Source: Eubacterium sp.
GTDB taxonomy: Bacteria > Bacillota > Clostridia > Oscillospirales > Acutalibacteraceae
Length of the DNA stretch: 64,000 nt
Direction: 5' to 3'
Assembly (NCBI GenBank): GCA_017463985.1
Contig: JAFUEH010000005.1
Span: forward strand, 2,005-66,004
Below, piece by piece: positions 8,497-17,762 of the stretch. The first letter of the stretch is position 1, and the number at the start of each line of letters is the position of its first letter. The notes under the pieces were generated by a model. That model was not told the origin of the DNA. It saw only the letters and a program-made list of their open reading frames with translations, and searched no databases. Made by a program: the position numbers and the translations under genes.

Positions 8497-9522
8497 ATGG
8501 ACAAAAAACGGCTTTTCCCCCTTGACAATTTAAAATTTGTACTGATCGTTTTTGTCGTCATCGGTCACCTGATCGATTACGGCAGCAGCGAGTTTCAGGC
8601 GGACGCCTTTCACCGGATGGCAGTCTTTATCTATGCGTTTCACATGCCGCTGTTTATCTTCATTTCCGGTATGTTCTTCAAGAGCGAGCACATTCTACGG
8701 AAGGTACTGTATTACCTGCTGACAGGACTGGTGATGAAGGCAACCGTTTTTCTGTTCCAGCGGCTCATCTATCACACCGGTCTTTTCACGTTTTCTAACC
8801 TGAACGGGCCGGACTGGTTTATGCTGGCGCTGGCCGTATACACCGCGCTGATGTACTGGTTACGGCGCTGTAAGGGGAAATGGATATTAGCGGTAGCCCT
8901 GCCGTTGGCGCTGGCAGCCGGCTATATTGACGCCATCAACACCTTTATGAGCGTATCGCGCGTGGTGGTGTTCTTTCCGTTCTTCGTACTGGGCACGATG
9001 CTGCCGCCGGACGCGGTGATCCGGTTTGTTTCCAAACGAAAATGGCGCGTCACCGGCAGCGTACTGATCGCTGTCTGGGCTGTACTGAACATCTTTTGGG
9101 GCGACCGCATTGCCTATTTGAAGCTGTTGTTCACCGGCTCCACGCCGTATTCGTATCTGCCCTACGGCTTGGCACCGTACGGCGCACTGATGCGTCTGCT
9201 GAGCTATACGATCGCCACCCTGTTGGGATTTTCCTTTTTGGCGGTGGTACCGCGGCGCGAGGTGCGGCTGCAGTCACGCTTCGGCGCGCGGACGCTGCAG
9301 GTTTATTTTTGGCACCTGCCGTTGCTCTTTTTACTGCACACACTGGACTATCAGCTGTGCGGCACCTTCCTGGCCACCGTGCCATGGGGCTACTGCGTGA
9401 GCATCCTGCTGTCCGTCGGCATCGCACTGCTGCTGAGCACGAAGCCCTTTGCGTTTCCGACCAATCTTATCAAAAAGCTGACTTTTCAGACAAGACACAA
9501 GAAAAAGCAGCAAACTTTTTGA
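8497..9522 (+). CDS. Acyltransferase family 3 integral membrane protein
   Basis: Multi-TM protein with an N-terminal FVLIVFVVIGH motif typical of Acyl_transf_3. Confidence 0.8.
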   Translation: MDKKRLFPLDNLKFVLIVFVVIGHLIDYGSSEFQADAFHRMAVFIYAFHMPLFIFISGMFFKSEHILRKVLYYLLTGLVMKATVFLFQRLIYHTGLFTFSNLNGPDWFMLALAVYTALMYWLRRCKGKWILAVALPLALAAGYIDAINTFMSVSRVVVFFPFFVLGTMLPPDAVIRFVSKRKWRVTGSVLIAVWAVLNIFWGDRIAYLKLLFTGSTPYSYLPYGLAPYGALMRLLSYTIATLLGFSFLAVVPRREVRLQSRFGARTLQVYFWHLPLLFLLHTLDYQLCGTFLATVPWGYCVSILLSVGIALLLSTKPFAFPTNLIKKLTFQTRHKKKQQTF

Positions 9523-9608
9523 TAAATCCGCCGGAAAACTTGACAAATGTCGCGATTCATATTAAAATATTCATGAATTAATTTTTAATTTTGAAAGGAA
9601 GTATCATT

Positions 9609-10208
9609 ATGAATTGTCCAAGATGCGGAAGACCACTCGCCGAAGGCGAGATCTGCAACTGCAGCGCTAACGATTTCCCGACTGCTCCCGCTGCGCCAAC
9701 AGCACCGGAGGCACCGATTTTTCCGCCTGCTGAGCCGGCAGCTCCTGCTGCGCCGTTTACCCCGCCGGTAGCGCCGCAGTCTGATTATGTACCGCCGTAC
9801 ACGCCGCCGACCGCTCCGCAGCAGGATTATTACCAGCAGCCTGGCTATCCGCAGCCGGCGCCTGTTACTCCGGCAGCACCGGTACTTGCTAGAACCGACT
9901 ATCCGGAAGGCTATAAGATCAAGAAAAAGTACGTTGCTGTTCTGCTTGGCGCTACCCTTGGCGCACTGGGCATTCACAACTTCTATCTCGGCAATCAGAG
10001 CAAGGCGATCGCTCAGCTGCTGATCTGCTTAGTCGGCAGCCTGCTGTTCGGTCTCGGCGCTGTGGCCGCCAGCGTTTGGGCGCTGATCGAAACGGTTCAG
10101 CTGTTAACAGAGGATATTGACAAGGACGCCAACGGCTTCAAGATCATGACCTTTGAGGAATCACTGGTAAAGACCAGAATGGAAGCTGAAAAGAAGCTCG
10201 ACGAATAA
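9609..10208 (+). CDS. Zinc-ribbon / Pro-rich linker / TM2-domain membrane protein
   Basis: MNCPRCGRPLAEGEICNC zinc ribbon, P/A-rich low-complexity linker, TM2 domain (LGALGIHNFYLGN...two helices). ATG at 9609 behind GAAAGGAAG. Confidence 0.75.
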   Translation: MNCPRCGRPLAEGEICNCSANDFPTAPAAPTAPEAPIFPPAEPAAPAAPFTPPVAPQSDYVPPYTPPTAPQQDYYQQPGYPQPAPVTPAAPVLARTDYPEGYKIKKKYVAVLLGATLGALGIHNFYLGNQSKAIAQLLICLVGSLLFGLGAVAASVWALIETVQLLTEDIDKDANGFKIMTFEESLVKTRMEAEKKLDE

Positions 10209-10220
10209 TGAAGCAACACA

Positions 10221-10255
10221 AAACGGTTTACCGCCGGGCGGTAAACCGTTTTTCA
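10221..10255 (+). terminator. Rho-independent terminator
   Basis: AAACGGTTTACCGCC / GGCGGTAAACCGTTT stem followed by TTTT. Confidence 0.75.
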
Positions 10256-10272
10256 GCAGAAAGGCAAGTGAC

Positions 10273-11583
10273 ATGAAACGCTTTCAACAATGGGCGCCGA
10301 CGCCGCCCCTCGGCTGGAACAGCTGGGACTGCTTCGGTGCGGCTGTCAACGAGCAGCAGCTGCGGGAAAATGCGCAGTATATGGCGCAATATCTCAAGCC
10401 CTACGGCTGGGAATACATCGTCTGCGATATTCAGTGGTACGAGCCGCTGGCCAAGGATAACGACTATCATAATTTTACGGAATTGACGATGGACGAATAC
10501 GGCAGACTGCTGCCGGCTGTCAACCGCTTTCCAAGTGCAGCCGACGGCAAGGGTTTTCGTCCGTTGGCCGATTACGTACACTCTCTGGGGCTGAAATTCG
10601 GCATTCATATCCTGCGCGGCGTACCGCGTCAGGCGGCCGCTGCCAACTGTCCGGTAAAGCACAGCACCGCTACCTGCCGCGAGATCGCGCACCATTTTTC
10701 TGTATGCTCCTGGAATACCGATATGTATGGCCTGCGCCGCTGTCAGGGCGCGCAGGATTATTACGATTCTATCCTCGCGCTTTACGCCTCCTGGGGTGTG
10801 GATTTCATCAAGTGCGACGACATCTGCGTAACGGAATTTCGCCGTTGGGATAACCCGTATTCTGCCGATTACGAGGTGGAAATGCTGCGTAGTGCCATAG
10901 ACCGCTGCGGCCGCGAGATCGTGCTGTCGCTATCCCCCGGTCCTGCACCGCGTGAAAAGGCCGAGCATCTTGCCGCCAACGCCAATATGTGGCGCCTGAC
11001 GGGTGATTTTTGGGATCACTGGGAGCCGCTGCACGCCATGTTTGATAAATGCGAGGAGTGGCAGGGCGTCGCACAAAAGGGCTGCTATCCCGATTGCGAT
11101 ATGCTGCCGATCGGCAAGCTGTCCAAAAATGGAACCTGTCACGGTCCGCAGGATCGCTTCACGCAGTTCACACAGGCGGAGCAATATACCTTAATGACCC
11201 TTTGGGGAATCTTCAGAAGTCCGCTGATGATCGGCGGCAACCTGCCCGAAAACGACGACTTTACCCTTTCCCTGCTCACGAACCGTGACTATTTGGCAAT
11301 GCACCGCAGCTCCTACGGCGCAAAGCGGATTTACCGCCATGAAAAGAACGGTAAGGGTCTCATCGCCTGGGCAGCGTGCGGCAAGGGCTGCAAATACCTC
11401 GCGCTGTTTAACACCGACAAAAAGGCACAAACCGTTTCGTTTGATATCCGCGATATACTCCTCCCCGACACCGTCTATCAGGTGTACGATATATGGGAGC
11501 AGCAGGCCGCACCGGCGTGTAAAAACCGCCTCCGCGCTACCGTAGACGCACACGGCGCAAAGCTTTATAAAATCACGCTATAA
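10273..11583 (+). CDS. Glycoside hydrolase family 27-like alpha-galactosidase
   Basis: PPLGWNSWDCFG ... YIVCDIQWY ... DFIKCD pattern of the melibiase (GH27) catalytic barrel. Confidence 0.75.
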   Translation: MKRFQQWAPTPPLGWNSWDCFGAAVNEQQLRENAQYMAQYLKPYGWEYIVCDIQWYEPLAKDNDYHNFTELTMDEYGRLLPAVNRFPSAADGKGFRPLADYVHSLGLKFGIHILRGVPRQAAAANCPVKHSTATCREIAHHFSVCSWNTDMYGLRRCQGAQDYYDSILALYASWGVDFIKCDDICVTEFRRWDNPYSADYEVEMLRSAIDRCGREIVLSLSPGPAPREKAEHLAANANMWRLTGDFWDHWEPLHAMFDKCEEWQGVAQKGCYPDCDMLPIGKLSKNGTCHGPQDRFTQFTQAEQYTLMTLWGIFRSPLMIGGNLPENDDFTLSLLTNRDYLAMHRSSYGAKRIYRHEKNGKGLIAWAACGKGCKYLALFNTDKKAQTVSFDIRDILLPDTVYQVYDIWEQQAAPACKNRLRATVDAHGAKLYKITL

Positions 11584-11667
11584 AGCGATTGACATTCTTT
11601 GATTTTACTGTTATACTAATTATGATTAATTAGAAAATACAATGTGACGGAAAAGGGTGTGGACATC

Positions 11668-12018
11668 ATGGATAAGAACCGAGTGAACTTAAAGATTTGC
11701 GGCAGCAGCTATACCATCATCACAGAGGATGATCCGGCTTACGTAGAGGAGCTAGGCGAATATATCGACAAAGAGATGAAGCAGATCAATGCAGAATCGC
11801 CCTCTCTTTCCGTAACGCAGTGCGCTGTCTTAGTCGCACTGGACAGAGCGGACGCCTGCCGAAAGGCCACCGCCTCCTCTGACAATCTGCGCGCACAGAT
11901 TAAGGACTATTTGGAGGATAGCGCCAGAGCAAGAATGGAGGTCGACGTGGCGCGCCGTGAAATTGAGCGGCTCAACCGTGAGATCAGCAACCTGCGTAAC
12001 CGCCTTGCCGGAAAATAA
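11668..12018 (+). CDS. zapA: Cell division protein ZapA
   Basis: VNLKICGSSYTIITEDDPAYVEELGEYIDKEM plus a C-terminal coiled coil. ATG at 11668 preferred over the GTG at 11644. Confidence 0.85.
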   Translation: MDKNRVNLKICGSSYTIITEDDPAYVEELGEYIDKEMKQINAESPSLSVTQCAVLVALDRADACRKATASSDNLRAQIKDYLEDSARARMEVDVARREIERLNREISNLRNRLAGK

Positions 12019-12031
12019 TCATTGCAATGAC

Positions 12032-12056
12032 GGGGTGACATCAGTCACCCTTTTTG
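12032..12056 (+). terminator. Rho-independent terminator
   Basis: GGGTGAC-ATCA-GTCACCC followed by TTTTT. Confidence 0.7.
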
Positions 12057-12070
12057 TATCTTGAGGAAAC

Positions 12071-14071
12071 ATGAAGCTGGAAATTTTAGCCCCTTGCGGC
12101 AATCGGGAATCACTGATCGCCGCTGTACGCTGCGGCGCGGACGCTGTCTATCTCGGCACAAAGGATTTTAACGCACGCCGCCATGCAGATAATTTTGATA
12201 CCGAAGCCTTGCGGGAGGCGGTGCGCTACTGCCATGAGCGCAATGTAAAAGTATATATCACCTTGAACACACTGGTGTCCGACGGCGAGCTGCCCCGTGC
12301 ATACACCGCCGCCGAGGCGTGCATGAAAGCCGGCTGTGACGCCTTTATTGTACAGGATCTGGGACTGGCAAAGATGCTGCATGAATGCTTTCCGACGGCA
12401 CGTCTGCACGCTTCTACGCAATGCGCTGTCAACACACCCGACGGCTTTCGTGAGCTGGCAGCTCGCGGCTTTTGCCGTGCCGTGCTGCCGCGTGAAATGA
12501 GTTTAGAAGAAATCAAGGAGATCCGCCGCAGCACGGATATGGAGCTGGAAATGTTTGTGCACGGTGCGCTTTGTATGTGCGTGTCAGGCCAATGCTATCT
12601 GTCCGCTATGCTCGGCGGCCGCAGCGGTAACCGCGGCTTATGCGCCCAGCCGTGTCGGCTTGCCTTCAGCGCCGACGGCTCAGGTTCGCACGATCTTTCG
12701 CTGAAGGATCTCAGCCTGCTTTCCCATCTGGAGGAAATTGAATCGGCAGGCGTGCTCAGCCTGAAAATAGAAGGCCGCATGAAACGGCCGGAATATGTCG
12801 CTGCCGCCGTCACCGCCTGCCGGAAGGCGTTGCAAGGCAACTATCAACCGAACGATGAAGCCATACTGCAAAACGTTTTTTCACGTTCCGGCTTCACAGA
12901 CGGCTACTTTACCGGCCGCCGCCGTGAGATGTTCGGCATCCGCCGCAAGGAGGATGTCGTAGCGGCCGACAGCGTTCTGAAAGAACTGGCACGTCTTTAT
13001 GACAAGGAGACGCCGCGTGTTCCGCTGGCAATGCAGATGATCTGTCGCCAAAACAAACCGCTGACGCTAACCGCCACCGCCAACGGAAAAACCGTTACCG
13101 CGGTCGGCCCGCTGCCGGAGCAGGCGCTGCACAAGCCGCTGACAGCGGCTTCCCTGCAGGAGCGGCTAGCGAAGCTCGGCGGCACGCCTTACTATGCCGA
13201 CAAACTTCAAATCGACCTGGAGGAAGGGCTGATCGCCCCGGCAAGCGCGATCAATGCCCTGCGCCGCGAGGTCACGGAACAGCTAGGCGACTCCCTCCCT
13301 GCGCCGTTTGAGCAGCATCCTTATTCCTTGCCGACAGCAACGGTCAGACGCGGTGCGCCGTATTTTACCGCCCGTTTTGCCACAGCGGCTCAGATTCCGT
13401 CTGATCACCCGTTCCGCCGCATTTTTCTGCCGCCCTGGGAGGCGGACAGCGCCTTTACAGCCTTTGGCGCCGGCGTAGAAATACCGCGAGGCCTGTTCGG
13501 CATGGAGGACGCACTCCGTGAACGGCTGACTACGCTCCGGTCATTGGGCGTAACCGCTGCGCTCTGCGGCAACCTCGGTGCATACCGCACGGCGACAGCA
13601 CTGGGCTTTACTGCCTACGGCGATTTCGGGCTGAACCTTTTCAACAGCGAAAGCGCGTCACACTTCCGCTCCCCGATCCTGTCTCTTGAACTGACGGCCG
13701 AACAGGCAGGTCGCCTTCATGCAAAAGACGTCGGGCTGGTCGCTTACGGCAAGCTGCCGCTGATGCTGACCCGTAACTGTCCGGTAAAGAACCGCGTCGG
13801 CTGCACAGCGTGCGGCAAAAACGGTACGCTGACAGACAGGAAGGGCTACCGTTTCCCGGTAAAATGTTCTCCCTATCCCTGCGTGGAAATTCTGAATCCT
13901 GTGCCGCTGGTGCTTTCTGACAGGCTGGCGGAAATACACACCGACTTCCTCCACTTTTATTTTACGGACGAAACAGCGGAGCAGGTGGCGGAGGTCATCC
14001 GTCTCTACCAACAACAAGGAAAGCCCGAAAGGAAATACACCCGAGGGATGTATTTCAGAGGGGTAAAATAG
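12071..14071 (+). CDS. Peptidase U32 family protein
   Basis: U32 signatures LEILAPCGN..SLIAAVRCGADAVYLG and EMFVHGALCMCVSGQCYLS. 666 aa, long form. Confidence 0.9.
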   Translation: MKLEILAPCGNRESLIAAVRCGADAVYLGTKDFNARRHADNFDTEALREAVRYCHERNVKVYITLNTLVSDGELPRAYTAAEACMKAGCDAFIVQDLGLAKMLHECFPTARLHASTQCAVNTPDGFRELAARGFCRAVLPREMSLEEIKEIRRSTDMELEMFVHGALCMCVSGQCYLSAMLGGRSGNRGLCAQPCRLAFSADGSGSHDLSLKDLSLLSHLEEIESAGVLSLKIEGRMKRPEYVAAAVTACRKALQGNYQPNDEAILQNVFSRSGFTDGYFTGRRREMFGIRRKEDVVAADSVLKELARLYDKETPRVPLAMQMICRQNKPLTLTATANGKTVTAVGPLPEQALHKPLTAASLQERLAKLGGTPYYADKLQIDLEEGLIAPASAINALRREVTEQLGDSLPAPFEQHPYSLPTATVRRGAPYFTARFATAAQIPSDHPFRRIFLPPWEADSAFTAFGAGVEIPRGLFGMEDALRERLTTLRSLGVTAALCGNLGAYRTATALGFTAYGDFGLNLFNSESASHFRSPILSLELTAEQAGRLHAKDVGLVAYGKLPLMLTRNCPVKNRVGCTACGKNGTLTDRKGYRFPVKCSPYPCVEILNPVPLVLSDRLAEIHTDFLHFYFTDETAEQVAEVIRLYQQQGKPERKYTRGMYFRGVK

Positions 14072-14144
14072 CTGATTCAGAAGAACCGGCTGATGAACAA
14101 ATCAAAACACCACTACCAAGCTATATAGATAGGAAAGGCACAAT

Positions 14145-14693
14145 ATGTTAATTCTTGCATCACAGAGTCCGCGGCGGCGCGAGCTGCTGAAGCTGATCAC
14201 CGAGGACTTCGTTGCCACGGCAGCCGACGTAGATGAAACACTGCCGGAGGGCGTCCGCCCTGACGAGGCGGTACAATACCTGTCCAAAATAAAAGCCGCG
14301 CCATTTATTAAGGACGGCGACACGGTCATCGGTGCCGATACGGTGGTCAGCCTGGACGGAATCATTTTAGGCAAGCCGCAGGACGAACAGGACGCAGCGC
14401 GGATGCTGCGGCTGTTGAGCGGCCGATGCCACAGCGTGTTCACCGGCGTTACCGTTGCGACGCCCGAAAAAAGCACTACCTTCTGTGTGGAAACCAAGGT
14501 ACAGTTTTTTCCGCTCACCGACCGAGAGATCGAACGCTATGTTTTGACCGGCGAGCCGCTGGACAAGGCCGGTGCTTACGGTATTCAGGGCTACGGCTCG
14601 TTGCTCGTGGAGAAAATTGACGGCGATTATTTTAACGTTGTTGGCCTTCCTGTCAGCAAGCTTGTACGCATTTTGTCTAACTTTACGCTATAA
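14145..14693 (+). CDS. maf: Maf-like nucleoside triphosphate pyrophosphatase
   Basis: MLILASQSPRRRELL ... GAYGIQG motifs. Confidence 0.9.
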   Translation: MLILASQSPRRRELLKLITEDFVATAADVDETLPEGVRPDEAVQYLSKIKAAPFIKDGDTVIGADTVVSLDGIILGKPQDEQDAARMLRLLSGRCHSVFTGVTVATPEKSTTFCVETKVQFFPLTDREIERYVLTGEPLDKAGAYGIQGYGSLLVEKIDGDYFNVVGLPVSKLVRILSNFTL

Positions 14694-14831
14694 TTTATTC
14701 AACTTTAGTTGTTTTTTTGTCCAAAACGACGATTTGTCCAAATCATGTTGAAATAATATTAAATCTGTGGTATTATTTTATCAGGTATATTGGCAAATCC
14801 CCAATGATTATTACCTGAAAGGAGTCATGTT

Positions 14832-15719
14832 ATGGCAGCAGATTTACATTGTCATACCAAACTGAGCGACGGATCCGTCGGTATCGAAGATTTAATAGTG
14901 ATCGCCCACAAAAGCGGCATCGACACGATTGCCATAACAGACCACGACTGTATCGCGGGTACGGTAAGAGGTCAGGTAATCGGCAAACGGTACGGTGTTA
15001 CCGTGATCCCAAGCGTGGAGCTTTCCGCCTTTGACACAGAGGCCGGCAAAAGCGTTCACATCCTGTCTTATCTGGCTGACGCGCCGGACAGGCTGGAGGC
15101 GATCTGCCGCAAGACCTCCGTTGCGCGTAAGCGCGCCGGTCAAATCATGATGCTCAAGGTAGCGTCGCGCTTTCCGATTACGAGCGAGTTCATCATCTCG
15201 CACGCCAGCGGCTCTACGAACCTGTATAAGCAGCATATCATGCACGCGCTGATGGACGCCGGCTATACCGACGAGATCTTTGGCGAGCTGCACCATACCC
15301 TGTTCAGCACGGACAGCGAATCGAATATTTTAGCACCGACAAAATACCCGACTGTGGAAACCGTGATCAATGAGATCCACGGTGCCGGCGGTATCGCGGT
15401 ACTGGCGCATCCGGGAAAATTTGATAACTTTGATGAAATTGATAAATATATTGAACTGGGGCTGGACGGTATTGAGGTTTGGTCACCGTTCAACACACCG
15501 GAGCAGACGGAAATGCTGGCAGCGCTCTGCAAAAAGAAAAAGCTGCTGCTGACCGGCGGCTCGAATTTCCACGGTACCTACGGTGAAAAGACCGTCACCA
15601 TCGGTTCCTACACCACGCCGCAGGAGCACCTGGATAAGCTGATGGGCTACAAGGCAAAGAAAAAGAGAGCCCAGCGAAAGGCCGAAAAAGAGGCGGCTGC
15701 AAAGGCTGCGACAGAATAA
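14832..15719 (+). CDS. PHP-domain phosphoesterase
   Basis: DLHCHTKLSDGS, ITDHD and LAHP motifs of the PHP family. Lys/Ala-rich C-terminal tail. Confidence 0.85.
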   Translation: MAADLHCHTKLSDGSVGIEDLIVIAHKSGIDTIAITDHDCIAGTVRGQVIGKRYGVTVIPSVELSAFDTEAGKSVHILSYLADAPDRLEAICRKTSVARKRAGQIMMLKVASRFPITSEFIISHASGSTNLYKQHIMHALMDAGYTDEIFGELHHTLFSTDSESNILAPTKYPTVETVINEIHGAGGIAVLAHPGKFDNFDEIDKYIELGLDGIEVWSPFNTPEQTEMLAALCKKKKLLLTGGSNFHGTYGEKTVTIGSYTTPQEHLDKLMGYKAKKKRAQRKAEKEAAAKAATE

Positions 15720-15720
15720 A

Positions 15721-15745
15721 GAACGGCGTTGCCGTTCTTTTTTTG
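15721..15745 (+). terminator. Rho-independent terminator
   Basis: GAACGGC-GTT-GCCGTTC followed by TTTTTTT. Confidence 0.75.
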
Positions 15746-15755
15746 AGGGGATAGC

Positions 15756-16118
15756 ATGGAAAAGGATGTCATAGAATTTTGCGAAACAAAGCATATTCAC
15801 CATGAGCGGCTGCAAACCGTTTACGAAAAGCTGCCGGACGAAACGACGCTCTACGATCTTTCGGAGCTGTTTAAGGTGTTCGGTGACTCTACCCGTATCC
15901 GGATCTTATTCGTGCTGTTTGAGTGCGAGGTGTGCGTCTGTGATCTGGCGGAAGCGCTAAATATGACGCAGCCTGCCGTGTCGCATCAGCTGAAGATACT
16001 AAAACAAAATCGGCTGGTCAAAAGCTGCCGGAGGGGTAAAAGCGTATTTTATTCACTGGCGGACGAGCACGTTAAAACCGTGATTGCGCAGGGACTGGAG
16101 CACATTCAAGAGGATTAA
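15756..16118 (+). CDS. ArsR/SmtB-family metalloregulator
   Basis: LFKVFGDSTRIRILFVLFECEVCVCDLAEALNMTQPAVSHQLKILK is the canonical ArsR wHTH with a CVC metal site. Confidence 0.9.
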   Translation: MEKDVIEFCETKHIHHERLQTVYEKLPDETTLYDLSELFKVFGDSTRIRILFVLFECEVCVCDLAEALNMTQPAVSHQLKILKQNRLVKSCRRGKSVFYSLADEHVKTVIAQGLEHIQED

Positions 16119-16130
16119 TCATGACAAATT

Positions 16131-16158
16131 AGCGGCGCACACTGCGCTGCTTTTTTTG
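16131..16158 (+). terminator. Rho-independent terminator
   Basis: AGCGGCGCA-CAC-TGCGCTGCT followed by TTTTTTT. Confidence 0.7.
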
Positions 16159-16168
16159 TTGCCATTTT

Positions 16169-16249
16169 TTGTTAAATTGATAAAAATGTTAACAAAGTTA
16201 TTATATTTTTTGTTTTTCTATTGTCAAAATAAATAATACATGGTATACT
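16169..16249 (+). promoter_or_regulatory. Promoter with upstream inverted repeat for the glycerol-3-P dehydrogenase trio
   Basis: TTGTCA (16221-16226), 17-nt spacer, TGgTATACT (-10 at 16244-16249). Inverted repeat TTGTTAA-N13-TTAACAA at 16169-16195. Confidence 0.5.
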
Positions 16250-16325
16250 TTAATATACAAAAAATGTTAATTTTCACCTATTTTGCGTGAAAGCGAACAA
16301 TGGTTAATCCAAGGGAGGAATTCAA

Positions 16326-17759
16326 ATGTATGATGTAGTAATCATAGGCGCCGGCATTTCCGGCTCGGCCTGTGCTTATTATCTCAGCAAGTACCAACTG
16401 AAAATTGCGTTGCTGGAAAAGAAAAACGACGTGTGCTGTGAAAGCACGCGCGCCAACAGTGCAATTATCCACGCAGGCTATGATCCGCAGCCGGGTTCTG
16501 CCTGTGCAAAATATAACGTCAGAGGCTGTGAGCTGGCTGCTGAGATCTGCAAAAAGCTGGATGTTGCGTACCAGCGCATCGGCTCGCTGGTCGTTGCCTT
16601 TACGGAGGCGGAGCTGGCGCATATTCAGGTTCTCTATGACCGCGGTATTGCCAACGGCGTACCGGACATGCAGCTGATCGACCAAGAGGAGCTGCGCAAA
16701 ATGGAACCGCAGATCGCTGACGACGCGCTCGGCGCGCTGTGGGCGCCGACAGCCGCGATTGTGAACCCGTGGGAATACGGGCTTGCCATGGCTGAAACTG
16801 CCGTCAGGAACGGCGTGGAGCTGTTTTTAGAAACGGCGGTAACCGACATTCAAAAGACAGCTGACGGCTATACCGTTATCTGCGGCGAGCAGTCCTTCGA
16901 TACGCGCTTTGTCATCAATGCGGCCGGTGTATACAGCGATGATATTCACAACATGGTCGCGGCACCGAGCTTTACGATTCAGCCGGCAGCCGGTGAATAC
17001 TATCTGCTCGATAAAACAGAGGGCTCGCGCGCAAAGCACGTCATTTTCCAGTGCCCGAACGAGCTTGGCAAGGGCGTCTTAGTCACTCCCACCGTTCACG
17101 GCAACCTGCTGGTTGGTCCGAACGCAATCCCGAGCGAGCGCGACGACACGACTACCAAGACAAGCTCGCTGGATTTCATCAGAGAGGCTGCCGCCAAATC
17201 CGTTCCTTCCATTAATTACCGTGATAATATCCGTAACTTCACCGGCGTGCGTGCTAACGCCGACACGAACGACTTCATCATTGGCTTTGCGGCCGACGGC
17301 TTTATGGACGTGGCCGGCATCAAGTCACCTGGCTTAAGCGCTGCGCCGGCCATTGCAGAGGACGTGGTCAGAATGCTCGGTGAGCAGGGACTGCTGCTGA
17401 ACGAAAAGGATAACTTCATCGACACGCGCACGCACATCCGCTTTAAGAACCTGCCGAACGACGAAAAGAATCGGCTGATCGCCAAGGATCCGTCCTACGG
17501 CCGCGTGATCTGCCGCTGCGAAACCATTACGCAGGGCGAAATCGTGGCGGCGCTGGACTCCCCGATTCCGCCGGTTTCCCTCGACGGTATCAAGCGCCGT
17601 TCCGGTACGGGTATGGGCCGCTGCCAGGGCGGCTTCTGCGGACCGAAGGTGCTGGAGATCATTGCAAAATACAAGGGCATGCCTTTTACGGATGTGCTCC
17701 AGGACAACACCGGCAGCTATATCTTGACCGGCGAAACAAAATGTAAGAGGGAGGACTGA
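16326..17759 (+). CDS. FAD-dependent glycerol-3-phosphate dehydrogenase-like oxidoreductase with BFD-type [2Fe-2S] domain
   Basis: YDVVIIGAGISGSA FAD fold. C-terminal ICRCETIT...GMGRCQGGFCG BFD-like motif. RBS AAGGGAGGA. Confidence 0.85.
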   Translation: MYDVVIIGAGISGSACAYYLSKYQLKIALLEKKNDVCCESTRANSAIIHAGYDPQPGSACAKYNVRGCELAAEICKKLDVAYQRIGSLVVAFTEAELAHIQVLYDRGIANGVPDMQLIDQEELRKMEPQIADDALGALWAPTAAIVNPWEYGLAMAETAVRNGVELFLETAVTDIQKTADGYTVICGEQSFDTRFVINAAGVYSDDIHNMVAAPSFTIQPAAGEYYLLDKTEGSRAKHVIFQCPNELGKGVLVTPTVHGNLLVGPNAIPSERDDTTTKTSSLDFIREAAAKSVPSINYRDNIRNFTGVRANADTNDFIIGFAADGFMDVAGIKSPGLSAAPAIAEDVVRMLGEQGLLLNEKDNFIDTRTHIRFKNLPNDEKNRLIAKDPSYGRVICRCETITQGEIVAALDSPIPPVSLDGIKRRSGTGMGRCQGGFCGPKVLEIIAKYKGMPFTDVLQDNTGSYILTGETKCKRED

Positions 17760-17762
17760 GCA

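Noticed and set aside
9585-10023. Arg-rich ORFs (9585-9977 minus, 9787-10023 plus) over the Pro-rich linker
   Set aside because: These are alternative or antisense readings of CCG/GCN-rich coding sequence. The Zn-ribbon/TM2 frame is the coherent one.
12071-14071. U32 'collagenase' as a virulence factor
   Set aside because: It sits in a housekeeping zapA-U32-maf context. The U32 family is widespread in non-pathogens and is linked to RNA modification functions, so there is no basis for a virulence call.
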